This document shows, piece by piece, positions 37,901-52,388 of a DNA stretch of 64,000 bases (its first letter is position 1; the number at the start of each line of letters is the position of its first letter). The DNA comes from Daphnia carinata. Taxonomy: Eukaryota. A model generated the notes under the pieces. The model saw only the letters and a list, made by a program, of their open reading frames with translations, had not been told where the DNA came from and made no database searches. The position numbers and the translations under genes were made by a program. The stretch spans positions 10,726,001-10,790,000 of the forward strand of contig NC_081331.1 of the NCBI RefSeq assembly GCF_022539665.2, read 5' to 3'.

Positions 37901-38128
37901 AATTTCGAAGGGGTGGAATATCTAATTGTGAAGTAACGACGACAAAGACGAATGCTCATTCGCTATTATATTCATATATGTACCCTGCCAAATGGGGATC
38001 TGGGTGATTATGTGTGTCGAAAAGTATGGCTTATTACGTGATATTGGATGCGCGACGTATACACAATTCAGTCATGGCGCATAGCAGTTTCATTCCAATG
38101 CGCAGCGATCAGGGACATTGTCGGCGCA

Positions 38129-41100
38129 TCAACGGGAGGACGTCATCGTGATGGGGTTCCTCGGCCGGACGACGAACGAACGGACCTCGTCATTATTGCT
38201 GCTGCTGGCCTGGTAATTAGTCGGTTGAGTAGGAAACACATTAGCCGGAACTAATTTACCGCGGATGATATTTGTAATCTGGTCGTCTTGTCGCTGGTAT
38301 GGCGTCAATGGAAACGTATCCAAATTGTTGTTGCCTTTGGTGCTGGTCGGCGTGTAATTGTTCGTCGGTGATGGCGCTGGAAGCTGGGCAGGAGACACCC
38401 ATTCACGACTGGTCGGCTCAAACTCGAAAGGCGACCGAGAGGAAGGTCCGGTCGTCGAAAGCAAAAGGGAAGGTCGGATAGGAATGGACATTTTCTCCAT
38501 TTCGGATGGCCGGAATAATGGATGCTGCGTATCACTCCTGCTATTCTGACGCACAGGTGTCGTCGCTTGAGTCCGAAGTTGTTGTCTTTGTTGTGCTGGC
38601 CGAGTAGTTGGTTGTTGCCGAACCGGCTGCTGCTGGTTTCGCTGATTCTTAAAAATGATCGGCTGATTGGTCGATGGATGTGGCTCGAGGGGTAGCAAAA
38701 TAGATTGCGGAATTAACCTCTGCGGACGCAATTGCGGCTGCGACCGCAACGTTGCGGCTTGTAACGGTTGAGCCCGCGTCGTTGGCGCAGGTGGACGCGA
38801 CGACGCTAAAGGCGTCGCTCGAGTTTGGAGATTAGTCACCTGATAATCCGAACCGCCTGTTAGGACCACTTGATAGGCCGGCGTCTGGTAGGCTGGATTG
38901 GGAGATGAAGCTGCGGCCACGTTCAATCCAGTTGGTTTGTAATACGGTTGTTTCTTCAATTGCTGTTGTTGCGGTTTCTGTCCGGCCGGAGTTGTTATCC
39001 ATGGCTTCTTGATATAGACAGTCTGTCCGGCCGTAACTCTGTACGACGGCGGTGAACTCGTTTGTTGTCGTTGTGCCGTTGGGTAACTCGTTGCCACCGG
39101 TTTAGCTGATGTGGGGCGAATTGTCGGTTTCGGTTTAGTCGGTGTAGGATAAGTTGTCTTTTGCTGGACTGGTTTAATCGGGGGGTTACTGTATCGAACG
39201 GTGTAGCTAGTCACAGTCTGCTGGACTGGCCGGCTGGTGGTGGTTGAAGGAACGAGGGCGTTCGCGTTACTTGGACTGGAATAAGGTTTCCAGTAGGTGC
39301 CGCTCTTCTCATCTCTTTGCTGTTCTTTCGATTGGCTCAACAGAGGGCTCGGCACGAAAGTAGGTCTCGGAGGCTCGACTTGCCGTCGTTGGTCTGGTTG
39401 TCGTTGCGGCTCTCGGACGCTAGGCTCCTGGGTACGTATGCTAGAGCGGTCGACCGATGGACTCTGTTCCTCAGGGTTCGACCGGAAACCCTGGAATGGA
39501 TGATTGTCCAATTCTTGTTCACTGATTGGCCTGCGGTTATTGGGTTTGTTTCGCAAGTAACCCGTGCCGCGAGTCTTGTTGATAATTTGCAATTGAGCGC
39601 CCCAAGCGATGTTGTTGAGAAAGTCGGGATCTTGGGCCAGCAGGAACCATTTGTCCGGCAATGTGGACGATGGCAAAGATGACACCGGATATTCACCATC
39701 AATTTTTGTAGTACCACGATTGTATGGCGATGAGACGTCTGGGTTATTTGTAGTGTAACTTGATGACGTTATACTCGCTGCCCATGGCGTTCGTTCCCTG
39801 TTCTTCTTTTCATCCGAAAGGAGGGAATTTCGGAATTCACTGACCTGCGGTCCCAACGTCGAGCTGAGCGACTTGAAAGGCGGTTCAAAAAACGGAACTG
39901 TGACGTCAGCCGCACGCGAACGAGCAGCGGCGGATCGTGTCGTTTTGAAGTTGGCCGTATCGGCCGGATTGGAAAGCGGGATGTGCCGCGATGCCCATTC
40001 GTGAAATGTCGGTTCGACAATCTCGCGTTTATCGAACTTGGCAAAAGATGGTGTTGGCGTAGGTTCTTGGAAATACGGACTGCTGCTGCGCACAGCGGCG
40101 GCTTGCGGTTGAGATGCTTCCGCTTGCCGATCTAGAGAGAGAGATATATATATGTACATGTGTCATGGCAATCAAGCAATTAGGGTTTTTATTGTAATAA
40201 CCCAAACGGCCAGAATTAAGGCTACACTTTAGGGGGTAGGAAGCTCTTTATTATACAATGGTCATACACAAACCTTGAGGGGATGGCTCGTGCCGCTGCA
40301 TGTAATCCTTGTTGAGTGGATAAAGGCCGGCGGATTTGGAACAGTCGACATTGAACCACCAATCGCAAACGCTTATTATTTTCGATGAGACATATTAATA
40401 AAAGAAAAAAAAAAAATTATTTAGACTTTTAACTTGTTGTTTGCCATACGGAAGAACCTTACAAAAATCGCTGGTGATAGAGAGTTCCATTGGGACACAA
40501 GAAAGATGTTTTCCTATTGTCGCGGCAGACGTGAAACACCTGCAAAGTGGGCAACAAGAAAAAAAAAGGACATGATTTTAAAATGCATTCCGCACACGTA
40601 GTCCGCGTTTGCGTTAAACCAATTGCGAATAATTAGATAAAAGCTTCGTAATAGAATTTCTCTGATGATATTTGACTTAATAAATTCCGCCTTATTTTCG
40701 ACAAAGTAATGGGCGTATCCGTATCACGTTCCGCTTAAACGAACGCACGTGATACAGCCTCTGTTGTCTAAAATAAAAATAAATAAGGGGGAGGCCTATC
40801 TAGCTTTTATTAGTGGATGGACGTGCTCCGGACCGTCATTGTGTTAGCCAAGATTCATGGGATCTCTGCGTGATGTCGGCCCGATGACTTCTAGGAAGTC
40901 ACCAACAGCTTTATCTGTTCGTCGTTAATGAAGGCGAGAAAACATCACGGCTCACACAAGTTTATGGACGTGGGTATCATCAGACAGTTTGCTGTTATCC
41001 TCATGCCTATTTCGCTATCTCTGCATTTGCGCCAACGGTTTGGAAAACGCAATCGGGTGGGCATGATGTAGCCGAAGGGATTTTTTTCCTGACAGCGTAT

Positions 41101-43384
41101 GCACAACAATACATTACGACGCTGTATTTCTATTTATTAGATGTAGATTTATGCAGCGGTAGATCGATTTCATTCGAGGGTATATACCTATTCAATTTTT
41201 ATTTTTTTTTTTTCAAATTGAATTTCTTATTTGTGTTGTGGGTCAGCGGAAATGGAATAAAATAACAGGCGACTCAAGAGTATTTTTTTTTTTTTACTTG
41301 GATCGATAAAGCATCGCCATATGTACAGGAGTGGATGTTACGTCCGGATGTGTATCGGGCCAGTGAAAAAGCGAAGCGAAAAGATCGCCGAATGGATAGA
41401 GACACACCCTTCCTGTCTCATTCGCATCGGGTCCCTATTCTACTAATACGACGGCCGTCTATTCAGCGATGTAAGATGGCTACATAATAGCAACATTCTC
41501 TATTCTCTGCATCTATATGCTCTAGTAATAATAATACCATATCGTTATTGAAAAAAAAAAAAAAAAGTAGCCCCCCCCCCCCCCCCCCCCCCTTTGGCAC
41601 AACGAAAGGAATCAAAATTGGATCAAAAAAGTAATAGGTCTCCCGCTATTGAAAGCTCAAGGGCTCATTTTTTTTTTTTTTCTTCTTCTTCTTCTTCTTT
41701 TCAGGATCTACATGGTATACAAGTCAAAATGTATACGAAGCTATTGCTGTAGTGCCCATTGCTCTATGGCGTTTACATAAAAAAGCTATACCGACTTTAG
41801 CGACAAAGGCTGAAAAAAAAGAAGATTAAATTCCAATTTTTTTGTTCCCTTTTCTTGTATACGTCGAGCTCTGGTCAACTGAAAATGGAACTGAAATTGG
41901 TTTATAGTTTGCGATGACCTCTATACATGGTGGTCATCTTACGTCCCACTTTCGATCGAGGAAATTGATTTTTTTTTTTAAACGTACATGATCCTTTTTT
42001 ATCTAATCAATTCCAATTCCTCTTTTTCTATGGCTCCTGTCTGCGATGATTTTAGATCGTTTCGATTTACGGATGTGCAAGATAAAGACACTGTGAAACG
42101 AACAGAATGGAATGCCATGAGCGCAATGGGCCGAATGGTCAAAAAGCTGCACGATCGATGGCTGTCGTTGCAAACTTGTGTCAACATGAGCCTAACAACA
42201 AAGGGAAACAAGAGCATATTTGTTATGACGTTGTTTCGTGGATATATGTACACAACTGCATTATTCGTTTCCCATACATATTGTCCCTCGTTATATATAC
42301 CCAGTAGCAGTTGACGGGGAAACGATGTTTGACATGACATTTTTCCCTGACGTTTCCTCCAAAGAAGGAAAAGATCAAAGGGACGGAAAACGACACAACT
42401 GGCATGTCTCTCTTAACTTTTTATTTTTATCTGTGTCGTTTCCCATTTGGAAAGTCACGCGGCCCTTCCCTTCACTATAAAGTCATGTCCAATTTGAAAG
42501 AAATAAAAAAAAGAAGAAGAGGACCCATGTTAAGTTTCATTCGCTCGGCTGAACATTACATACGCGTATGCATCGTTGCTTGGTGACGACATCAAAATGA
42601 CGTCCCTTGTCGATGTTTTGTACAAAACAACGGAATGGTAATAGGTCGTCCATGCAAAAAAAAGCTTGGTATTTCCCTTTTTTCGAATAATATAATCTCA
42701 TCTTTTATGCGCAAATAGTTGACTGCCGCTGCATTCAAGTAGAAAAACAAAACTCATCAAACTCTCCGGGAGGATAACACGTAACCTACATACCCTTTAC
42801 TATTCTGCCTAAGCTTAAAAATTTCTCTTTTTTTTCCCTTTTTAACGATAACAAAATAGTTAAATTTTTATTAAAATTTAAAAAAAAAGAATATTATGGG
42901 CATCGTACGTCCCCCCCTCCCCAGGCAGCGATAGTGACGCAGACTTGCTAAACATACGCTGAAGTTTCAAACTGCAAATTATTATTTTTTTTTTTTTTAA
43001 GAGGATCCTAAATAATCAATAGTTTTATGTTCACTGACTTTTAATAGTTCCAGTCATCGGAACTTAGTATGAAGTTAAAAAAAAAAAAAAAAAAAAGGAA
43101 AAACGAATAAAATAGTGGAAAGAGAGGGCAATAGAGATAGCGAGAAGGGATCGTCTAATTACCTGGCAACCAGTTTCTACGTCAGCGAAGAATCCCGGGT
43201 AATCTTGTTGGTCGCAGCGGAATCGAAGCGTAGTGGGGACTCGCGAAGCCACCGGATAGTCAACGCCAGCGATGCCGGGAACGATGTCAGGCAATCGGTT
43301 ACCGGCAAATGTCGTCCTCGTTCCGGCTGCTTGGCTGGATCCGATTAGGGCAATGGAGATCAGCAACAACTGCAGCCGCATCAT
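38129..43384 (-). CDS. Secreted chitin-binding peritrophin-A (CBM14) protein with a long Pro/Thr/Gln-rich tail (gene 2)
   Basis: MMRLQLLLISIALIGSSQA..PGIAGVDYPVASRVPTTLRFRCDQQDYPGFFADVETGCQ/VFHVCRDNRKTSFLCPNGTLYHQRFF/VCDWWFNVDC, then a ~2 kb low-complexity last exon (38129-~40130). Confidence 0.9.
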
Positions 43385-46300
43385 TGTTGGACATGTGTCT
43401 GGCTTCAGACCTAAATAAACAATGAACCACCCGCAATCCGGATCATCAAAATAAATAATGCAAAGGCAGTAGAAAAAATGAGATTTAAAAAACATTATTC
43501 TTTAACGAACAACGAATGAAATGATAAAAAAAAAATGCTGAGAAAAGCAACACGTTCGGAGAAATCAATCGCAAGATACTTGGGGCGTGCCGTGCTGTTG
43601 GACTTCCTTTTATGGGGAAAGAAGAAGAGGTCATCTTTTATAGTTACAGACTGAATGTAATGATCATTAATTGTCTCTCATTTCTCCGTAAATGGAAAAG
43701 CGGAACGCGCCTTCCATCATTTTGTGCGCCTACAGGCTTCAAAAACCCCAATAGTACATGAAGGATGTTAATACACAAATTGCTGTATGCCATTCTCACT
43801 AATGTTCCTTATTATCCCGCTTTTTTCTTGAGAGGTGTGCGTATACACTGCGCAATGCCTTGCGTTCAAAGAACAAAAATTCAGCTGCGGCTGATGAGAC
43901 TTCCTGTCTCCACTAATGGATGGATGGAAACAAACATTCAACAGATGGCTATATTCTCTGTCTTCTTTTAGCTATGCCCAGCCCTGACCGTGGTCTATAT
44001 TTGCGTGCTGGAACGAGCCTAGTACTAGTGACCCACAGAGGAGCATATACAGCGACTTATGGTGATGCGCTGAAAACACATAACGCCGGACGCGCAGCAG
44101 CAGGACCCGTTATGCTCGGATGATGTTATTTGCTAGTGAAACAACAAGCCTCCTCGGCAAAGCCGAAAACATTTTTCTTTTTTTTTATTATTATTATTCC
44201 GCAGACTCTGTGTGCTGTGTGTATTTATTCGACCCACTTGGCAGCCAGCAGCTCATAAGTGTGAGATACAATCCCGCATTCTCTCCCATAATGTCGACTG
44301 TTTCTTTCGTTGCTGCTGTGTGTTTTTTTTTAAGAGATAGAGAGAACTAATAGTAATTATATACAGAGAGAGACAGACCAAATCTCTCACGTTTATTATG
44401 CGGAGATGATTTGGCCACGACCATCGGGCGCACGTACGCAGGGGGCGTTTTCGTGTGGCTGCATGTGAATCTTTGTCTTTCTTTGGTGATGTGGGGAGGA
44501 AAAAAAAAGACACAAATTTCACGCACCCACGTCTCTTGTACAAGAGCAGACATAGCTGTTGTTATTGTTTTTCGTTCGAGTACAAGATTCAATTGCATAA
44601 TCACTAAAGGGAGAGGGAATGTACACGAAAGATTCCATTATCTTTGCACGTGAAATAGGTTTGGTCGTGTGAAATGATTCGAAACGCAATCGGAGGAGAA
44701 ACTACCGCACCCATTCCCCCCCCCCCCCTTTAGTTTATCTTTTTTTTTTTTTTTAACATAAAAACAATTGAAGCGCTTCGTAAACGTAGCCGCAAAACTT
44801 CCGTCTTTTGAGCTACAAAAAGTTTCTTTGTACGTAAGCTGTACGTACTCTTGTCGGTTTAGAACTCTTTATCCACTTAATTCCTGAATACGAACGTAAA
44901 ACCCTATTATCTCGGATATATGCAGACGTGGCCATCAACACGCAAAAAAAGAGGCTGTACCGCGATGATTAGAGAAAAAGGGCTAAAGACAAACAAAAAA
45001 GAAAACGCAATTGTGGGACGGTTGTGTGATGGGAGAGACCATCTGTCGTGTTCCTGCTGGATGTTTGAAGGGAAAGCTCATCCCGCGTTCTCTCAGTTGT
45101 TGTCCCGACGACACAGCCTAACCTCATTATTCTCTCGCTCTGAGCGCAGGTGTGAGCCCAGCATTACGTAAGAGATAAACTGGTGATGTACCATACAAAT
45201 GCGCACGCATTACACGCAAACGGAAGATGTTTGATTAAATGAAGAGAGATGGGATTTTTTTTTTCAGAAATGTCTTGTGCATTAAATAAAGAAAGAATTT
45301 ATCAATTTAGCAGTTCGTTCAGCTTTCACGTAACATTAAAACAAAATATTCGCATGTTTAATCTTCTTTTTTTTCTCTAAATTTTGATCATCTTTCAATC
45401 GCTTTCTACCCTTGTCCTTATTACAATTTTATTCCATTTGATACAAAAAAAAAATGTAATAGCCATCGCAGCCTGTAAAATAAGATTGACGACGAAATAA
45501 CGAAGCTCATGTTCTGTTTTGTAATTCGACCTTCTTGCCAACTTGTCTGCGTGGGCTCGTTGGCAAGACACTTCTGCCGACGGGGTAAAAAATAAAAAGG
45601 GAGGGGAGTGCAATAAATATATAGACTCTAAAAGGAAATGGTAACGAGAAGGAGATGAATAAAGAGCTAGGAATAGAGAGGGTGAACGAGTGCGGACGGC
45701 GAGAAGCTTTTGATTAAAAATTTACACACGAACGAAGCCGTGAGCTCGAGACGCCAACTGAACACGAATAGAAGGGAGAGACGCGCTACTTGGCTGTGCA
45801 TAACCGATAACATACGCAACTTTTTTTTTTTTGCCTGGCGTGTGGATTTTGTTTGCGGAAACAGTGTCAAACACGGCCACTAGAATTACGTTAAATTTCT
45901 TTGTTTCTTACTTAACGGAGTGGGCCCTGTGAGACTGCGTTAACAGGCAAAAAAAATAGAAAGATGATGACCGAGTATGCCTTACTGTTGAGGACACTCG
46001 TGAGTGGAAGAAATAATAAGACACGAACCAGTTAACAAACAAGGACATTCCTTTTTTTTTTCCATGTCACGATGATATTGTTCTCGTCAGCCTTAGTATC
46101 TCTTTTTCTTTGTGTGCATTCATTTGATGATGTCGGTCTCCAAATGTATAGGCACAAGTGTTTCAACTAACAAAGCGTATTCACTATGTATCCAGCCGTC
46201 AACCAACTTACGACTAAAGATGTTTGTTTTGTTTTTTTATTTGCTCTCCTGCGCTTTGGTGACACGACAGCAGTGATTTGTATATCTACTCTCCCTTGCC

Positions 46301-47479
46301 GATTGTCTCGCCTTTTGGCGCTATACTAGTTTTTATCCCCTCGGTACTCGGGCAAGAAAAGAAATCCCTCGTCCCATAAAACTTTTTCCCTTTTTTTTTT
46401 TTTGTTTTATAAATATATTCAATCCGAGTGGAACGGTAAGGAACGGCAAGGAGGGGAGATAGGCTTTATACACTGTTAGACACAGAAAGAGCGAAGGGAG
46501 AGCCCGTGTGTATATGCTTTGGTGTACTGGATCCATCCACCCGGACGAGATTGATCGCTAGTGGGAGGGTGGGGGGTTGGTGTTAGATGTTCTTTCCTTT
46601 TTTTTTTCCTTTTTCTTCCTTCTTCCGCATCTTCTTTTACTTCCTCATACATTTCCCCCCTTTTTTTTTCTCTCTATCCTTTCCTTTTCGGTACACACGT
46701 TTTTCCCGCGCGCATATAGCACACATCAGAGCTAAAGTACGGTCTTATAGATATAAGAAGAGAGATATACAGTTGCGCATCCGATGGAAAAAGGGCTTGG
46801 ATGACTTTAGCTGCTGCTGTCGGATTTAGCTCTTTTGCTGGAACAAACATAAAATATATCCCGAACGGGGAAAGAAAAAGAATGAGGGGGGGGGGGCCTT
46901 CATATCTTACTTTATAGTTTTTGATTCCCGTCTTATTTTTTTGCCACCCTTTTTCTTTTTTGTTTATAGATCTTTCAGCTCTCTTCTATATATGACATCG
47001 ATTGGTCAAATATAGAACTCTGAATTGCATGCAGGGAGAGCGCGACTTGATGGGGAGGATCAGACGTACGAAGACTCTTCAGCGCACACTCACACACGGC
47101 CATAGAAGTTTTGAATGTAACTTGGGATAACCGTCGTCTTGGTTTACGTTATAGTCACACAACATCATCTTACGTCTATATACGTCTCCGTTACGCAAGG
47201 CTAATAATTTGCGGTGACCGGGAAAATTGAGCTTCTACCAACCCCAACGAAATGCCGATGGCTTTCGAAACAATCAGCAAAATTATGCCTTTAACGGCCG
47301 AACTATTAGAGAGAGATAATGCCGTAAGAGCCACATAAATTGCTCAGTGTACATTAAAAAAGAATGAGAAAAAAAAAATTATATAGCTACATTAAGAGCA
47401 GTTCAAGACCGGTTCGTTATGGACTGTTAATGGAGCTGAGCGCGCGCAATTTGAAAGTATTCACAATAAATAAGGAGGG

Positions 47480-47480
<1 letters not shown>

Positions 47481-47524
<44 letters not shown>
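47481..47524 (+). repeat. Poly-C homopolymer (44 nt); shorter poly-C at 41571-41592 and poly-G at ~55747-55761
   Basis: Read directly from the sequence. Confidence 0.9.
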
Positions 47525-47525
<1 letters not shown>

Positions 47526-50500
47526 TATCAAGCGAAACCCAACCATCCATTGAATAGGGGGAATAAAGTTGACTTTTGCTGTCAATTGTTGTTTGCACAA
47601 CTCAAATTTGAACTAGTTTCAAATGTTTCCTCTCCGAAACTCGTCACTCACGAAACGCGTCGAATGGCTGGACTCAAAATATTTTTAATTACAATTTCTC
47701 GAAACACTTACGGACAAAGTCTTGCGGATGTGGACGACAACGTGCCATGGACTTGGCAGCTCCGAAAGTTGGAACAAAAAATGAACTCTCGTGACACTCA
47801 ATTGTTTGTTTTGTTTTCTTTTTCTCGCTCCCGATGTCAAGAAGGTGAAGTCTCGGATTTCCGGAATTATTTTTTTTTTTGCGGGGGAAGGGAGGTTCCC
47901 TTTTTTTCTTTTGTTTTTAATCCACCGCCAAAAAAAAAAACAAGTGAACAAGAGGGTGATGGGGTATACTATACCGAATTTTTCACAAAAAGCAACAATC
48001 ACACCGTGTTAAGTCTTTAGCCGTTGTATGCAGAGAGAGCGCAGGAAGCTGCAGCACACATATAGGCGAGGGACGGATGGGAGCAAGCGAGAGAGTGGCG
48101 GACGACACAGTTACTCGCAGCTCTTTTTATACTATCTCTCCTCTCAATCGTACGTATAGTCGGTACTGTCGAGCAGCAGCAGTAGTAGTAGGGCTTGAAA
48201 CCACTCCCACTGGCTGGTTGTGTTCTCCGTGCTCCATTGTATTATAGGGCAGTAGTGTGTGTCTACACGGAGTATGAGACTCTAACTTTAAACAAAAAAC
48301 TTTTTTTTTCTTTTTCGAACGCTACATGGGCGACTGCTGAACCATGTAGTCACCACAGGGAAAATCGTTTATGAAAAAAAGGTCCCCCGCTTTTTTCGTG
48401 TTCTCTATAAAAATGTTGTAGAGATGATTGGTGGCGTGTGGGGTAAAAAGAGCGGGACAGAAAAGTTGTCTGGACGCTGATTGTGCAGCATATAGGCGAC
48501 CAATCGTTTGATATATGTATACAGTTGACACACACGCACAAACACACACAACTTTTTTTCGGATGAGAAAATAAGTCGTCGGACTGCTAGGATAGAGAAA
48601 CGAAAAAACTAGTTTTTTTTTCTTCTTTATACTCTTTCACGGAATCTGTGTGTGGTATTAGCAACTGTCGTTCGAACTATCGTTTCGTTCAGCTAGAAAA
48701 AAAATGTCGTTAAAAATTAAAAAATAAAACTTAAAAAAATGATTTGAAAGTATCGGCTATAAAGCACTGCGTCCTGTGCGAGATCAAGTTGTTGTTATTG
48801 TTTTATCATTAATACATTTAAATACACGAGTTTTGATTCGGGGGATATATATTCTTAGATGGACTTTTCCCTGACAGCTAAGACTCTTACTTCAAGTCAA
48901 TCCCATGGAAGCGTGGGAAAGTCCGGAGTCATCCGCCAGATGAAACGCTCAAAATAGAGGAAGCTTTGACAGTCATCGCATCTCTTCTCCATCAGCGGAA
49001 GATTGTGAGGAAAAGCATGTCAGGGAAATCAAGGAAGTTTTTCTTGTTATTCGCTTATCATCTATCGCCATCAATCTGAGTTACGTCACATAATAAGGCC
49101 TTCCAGCAATCCGCATTGTAGGCGACATCCCAGCGGCTGTAGATTCCATAAGCAACAACAACAACAAAGTTGATGCACTGTTACAGGTTACGTATATGCA
49201 CGTCTACAGTTTTTCTTTTGTTTCTTGCTGTATGCACTGGCCGGTCTAGTAAACAACTAGTCGATAAAGTTTGATGAAGCGTTACAGATCCGCTCTTCCG
49301 GATTTTCTCTTCTGGTCAAGAAAAAGTTACCAACAGCTCTCGCCGTTTTCTTCACGTGCGCCTTCCCTCTCGTCGTCACTTTCGAATTGATTTACATCGC
49401 ACACGCGTGTACGCGTTGCTGTTTATTGCGAATGTACCCACCGCCACGTCACGGAGAAATCACCACAGCCAAAGTAAAATTTAAAAAAAAAACGAAAATT
49501 AAAGACGGAAGAGCCGCACCGCATGCCACCGTGCGGTTTTCCCGCTGCAGGTTGTTCGTCGATATTCGTTATTATAGATTACAAAAGAAAGATCCCGCAT
49601 ATGTATTGTGAGCACAAGAGGTGGGTTAAGTATGTAGGCATAGATTTTTTGTGAATTGAGTAGAGAGAAGTAACCTGAAATCTTGATGGTGGCTTGGTGC
49701 TGTTGGCATGTTACGCGCCTGGAACTCCTTACAGAAAGGGCTTCCATCAACATCAGCATGTGATGAAGCTGTCCTCTATTATGAGGATGGCACACAAAGA
49801 GAAGAATGGCTCCTGCAGTTGATGTGTTTAGCTGACCGAAAAACATATACATATCATTTGATTGTATGGTACTGTACACCCCCAAAGGCACTGGGATAGT
49901 ACTCTCGGCGGTACACTTGAAGGATTTTCTCGAGAGCCACACGAGTCTTTTAAAAAAATAAAAATAAAGTTATGGGGTATAACTCTTCCGTATGTGGGTC
50001 GAATCATCACCAGCTTGTGCCATTACCCGCCCCTTTCCCAGATCCGGGTAGCGAAGAGGGAGAAGAAAATTTTCTTCTTGGTGCCCATCGTTCGTATTAA
50101 AAAATTTGAATTGTTTTCTATATGTAGAGATGTAGATCAAATGATCTGCTGATAGAACAGCTGCAATACGTAATAAACAAAAAGAATTTTTGCTTTTTTT
50201 TGGATTTGAAGTTTAAATGATTATTCGAAATGCCCGCGCTCTTTCTCGATTTCTCCGCTCCCATCTGTGCTTGTTTATGAACAAATACCTTTTGCGATAT
50301 GTACAAGATCTTAATCTTCTCAATAATAAAATAGGGGGGATGGGGATCAAAATTGCATCGAATGATATTGCCAGTAGAAAAGAAAAGCAAAATTGGTACC
50401 GGATGATGACTAAAAGATTGAGTCTAAAAAGAGAGAGACAAGAGAATAGACGGATGCTTGTACGTGTGTGTGGGTGTGTTATTCGGAATGGTCCATCATG

Positions 50501-52388
50501 CACATCAAGCATAGCGAGTTGAGCATGTTAAGTGCTGCCGCGCCGCTATTATACGAATTCAAAGTGCGAGCATCTGTTGTTTTTGTTTTCTTTCTGCTTC
50601 TTTTTGCTTGACGCTTCAGGCGTGTTATTTACCATTTCGCTGTTTCTTTCGTTCATCTTTCACAAGAAAAAAAAAGCAACGTTCGTTTCATTGATTTCTT
50701 GTTTTAGTACCGCGACCTTCTTTTTTTTTTTTGTCTCTTCGTTTTCTAGGAAACCGAGGATGGATAATGTTGATTAAAAGTATAGCGATGCGTGTATATA
50801 TATTTCAAGCGCGTCCTAGATTGGAATCACTCTAATATATAACACAAGAGGAGGGCGGTTTGTGCGGTTTTTCTTTTTCCAGTTGATGGTCGAGTCATCG
50901 TCAATCGTCGTCACGCCCGGCTTCACCTTCATTTTCTCCTGGCTGGCTTCGTTTTTCTAGCTTTAGCAATCAAGAATACCTAACGCAGCTTCGGTCTACT
51001 ATGCATGGCTCTCTTATTCTCATTAGCCGTTCTTTTTTTTTTTTTTCTCATTACGTTGTTCTACTGACTCTAAACATCCAACACAAGTCTGTAAGAATGT
51101 TGTTTATTGTTAATCCGTGCTGCAATTCATTTTCTATTTCGTTGCTTTTTTGGGGTGGCTGTTCAAACTCAATAAGCCAAGAAAAATCAACAGTGGATCA
51201 TCAGAACCAAAAGAAAAAAGCGAAGACATTTTGTTCTTATTGGGTCGTTATGTTGCAAGCGTATAGAAAGTCGATAAGACTACGTGATGTCCCTCCTCAT
51301 CGTCACCCGTTGATTTTCGAAGAGGACATGTTACACACGGTTTTATCTGTCATCATCGTTACCAATATCTTAGCTGTGTGTAATCGTTGCGGTAATAACT
51401 TTCTCTCTATCTGTACGCGGCTCTAGATCGGTGAAGGTAATTACCACGACGTTAACCATAGAGCCAATCATCGATGTGAACGGGCTCGTTTTCTTTAGCC
51501 TCGTTTGCAATTTCGAAATGGGATCTACAGCACCTCTACAATTTCACTCTTTAGACAGTGCATCTAACAAATTCAATGAAATGGAACGAATTACAACGCA
51601 GTGGCTGTTAATGTTAAAAGAATTTCATGTTATGGCTTCTGAATGTTATAACAAGAAGCCACGGAGCGGAGGTTATTACCGTGTAATTGGCTGACCGATC
51701 GGCTACGTATAGATCAAGATTGACCTGTTCGCCCTTCTTTTTTCTTCTTTCTATCTCTAAAGCAAGCGTGGTAATGCTGACCATGTCTTTGCGGTCAATT
51801 AGAGACTATAGGTCCGGAGCCAGGCCATGGGCCATAAAGAGTCAACCGACTTATACACAACAAAAGCTCCATCACTATACGTCAATTCTTTTCCTTCGTT
51901 TCTCTTTTTTTCTTTTTAAACAGCACCAGTATTGCACGACGCTCATACAACAGAAGTATATATGAGGATCCAGCATTTTATGGTAGGGAAGAATTATTAC
52001 CATTACGTTCGAAAGAAAGAGGCCCTTACTTTGGCCATCGTAACTAACTATAGGCGTTTTCTTTTCGATCGATCTTCACAGAGGCCACAATTCTGTAGGC
52101 CTGGAAGGCGGCCATATCGAACGGTTTAAAAAAGAAGGTCGTTTTAGAGAAGAACGACGATGGTGTATGTAGCACGTAAAGAATTAAATCTAAAAATAAA
52201 AAAAAAAATTAACACAACAGAGACACCGGTATTTGCTTACACGCGAGAGGAGGGGGCACACCCACATACAACAATTTAAAAGTATAAATAACGCAAGTGA
52301 TACCGTTTGTAATGATGATGTTTACGTTATAACTATAGACTAGATGATGTCATATTGCGTTATGGTGTTTAGTTTGGAAACATATATG

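Noticed and set aside
47364..48020. 218-aa ORF with poly-proline
   Set aside because: The poly-Pro is just the translated poly-C tract; the rest is homopolymer-rich non-coding sequence.
43500..52300. Numerous 60-140 aa ORFs in the ORF track
   Set aside because: Phe/Lys-rich translations of A/T homopolymer-laden DNA with no recognisable domains or coherent exon chains.
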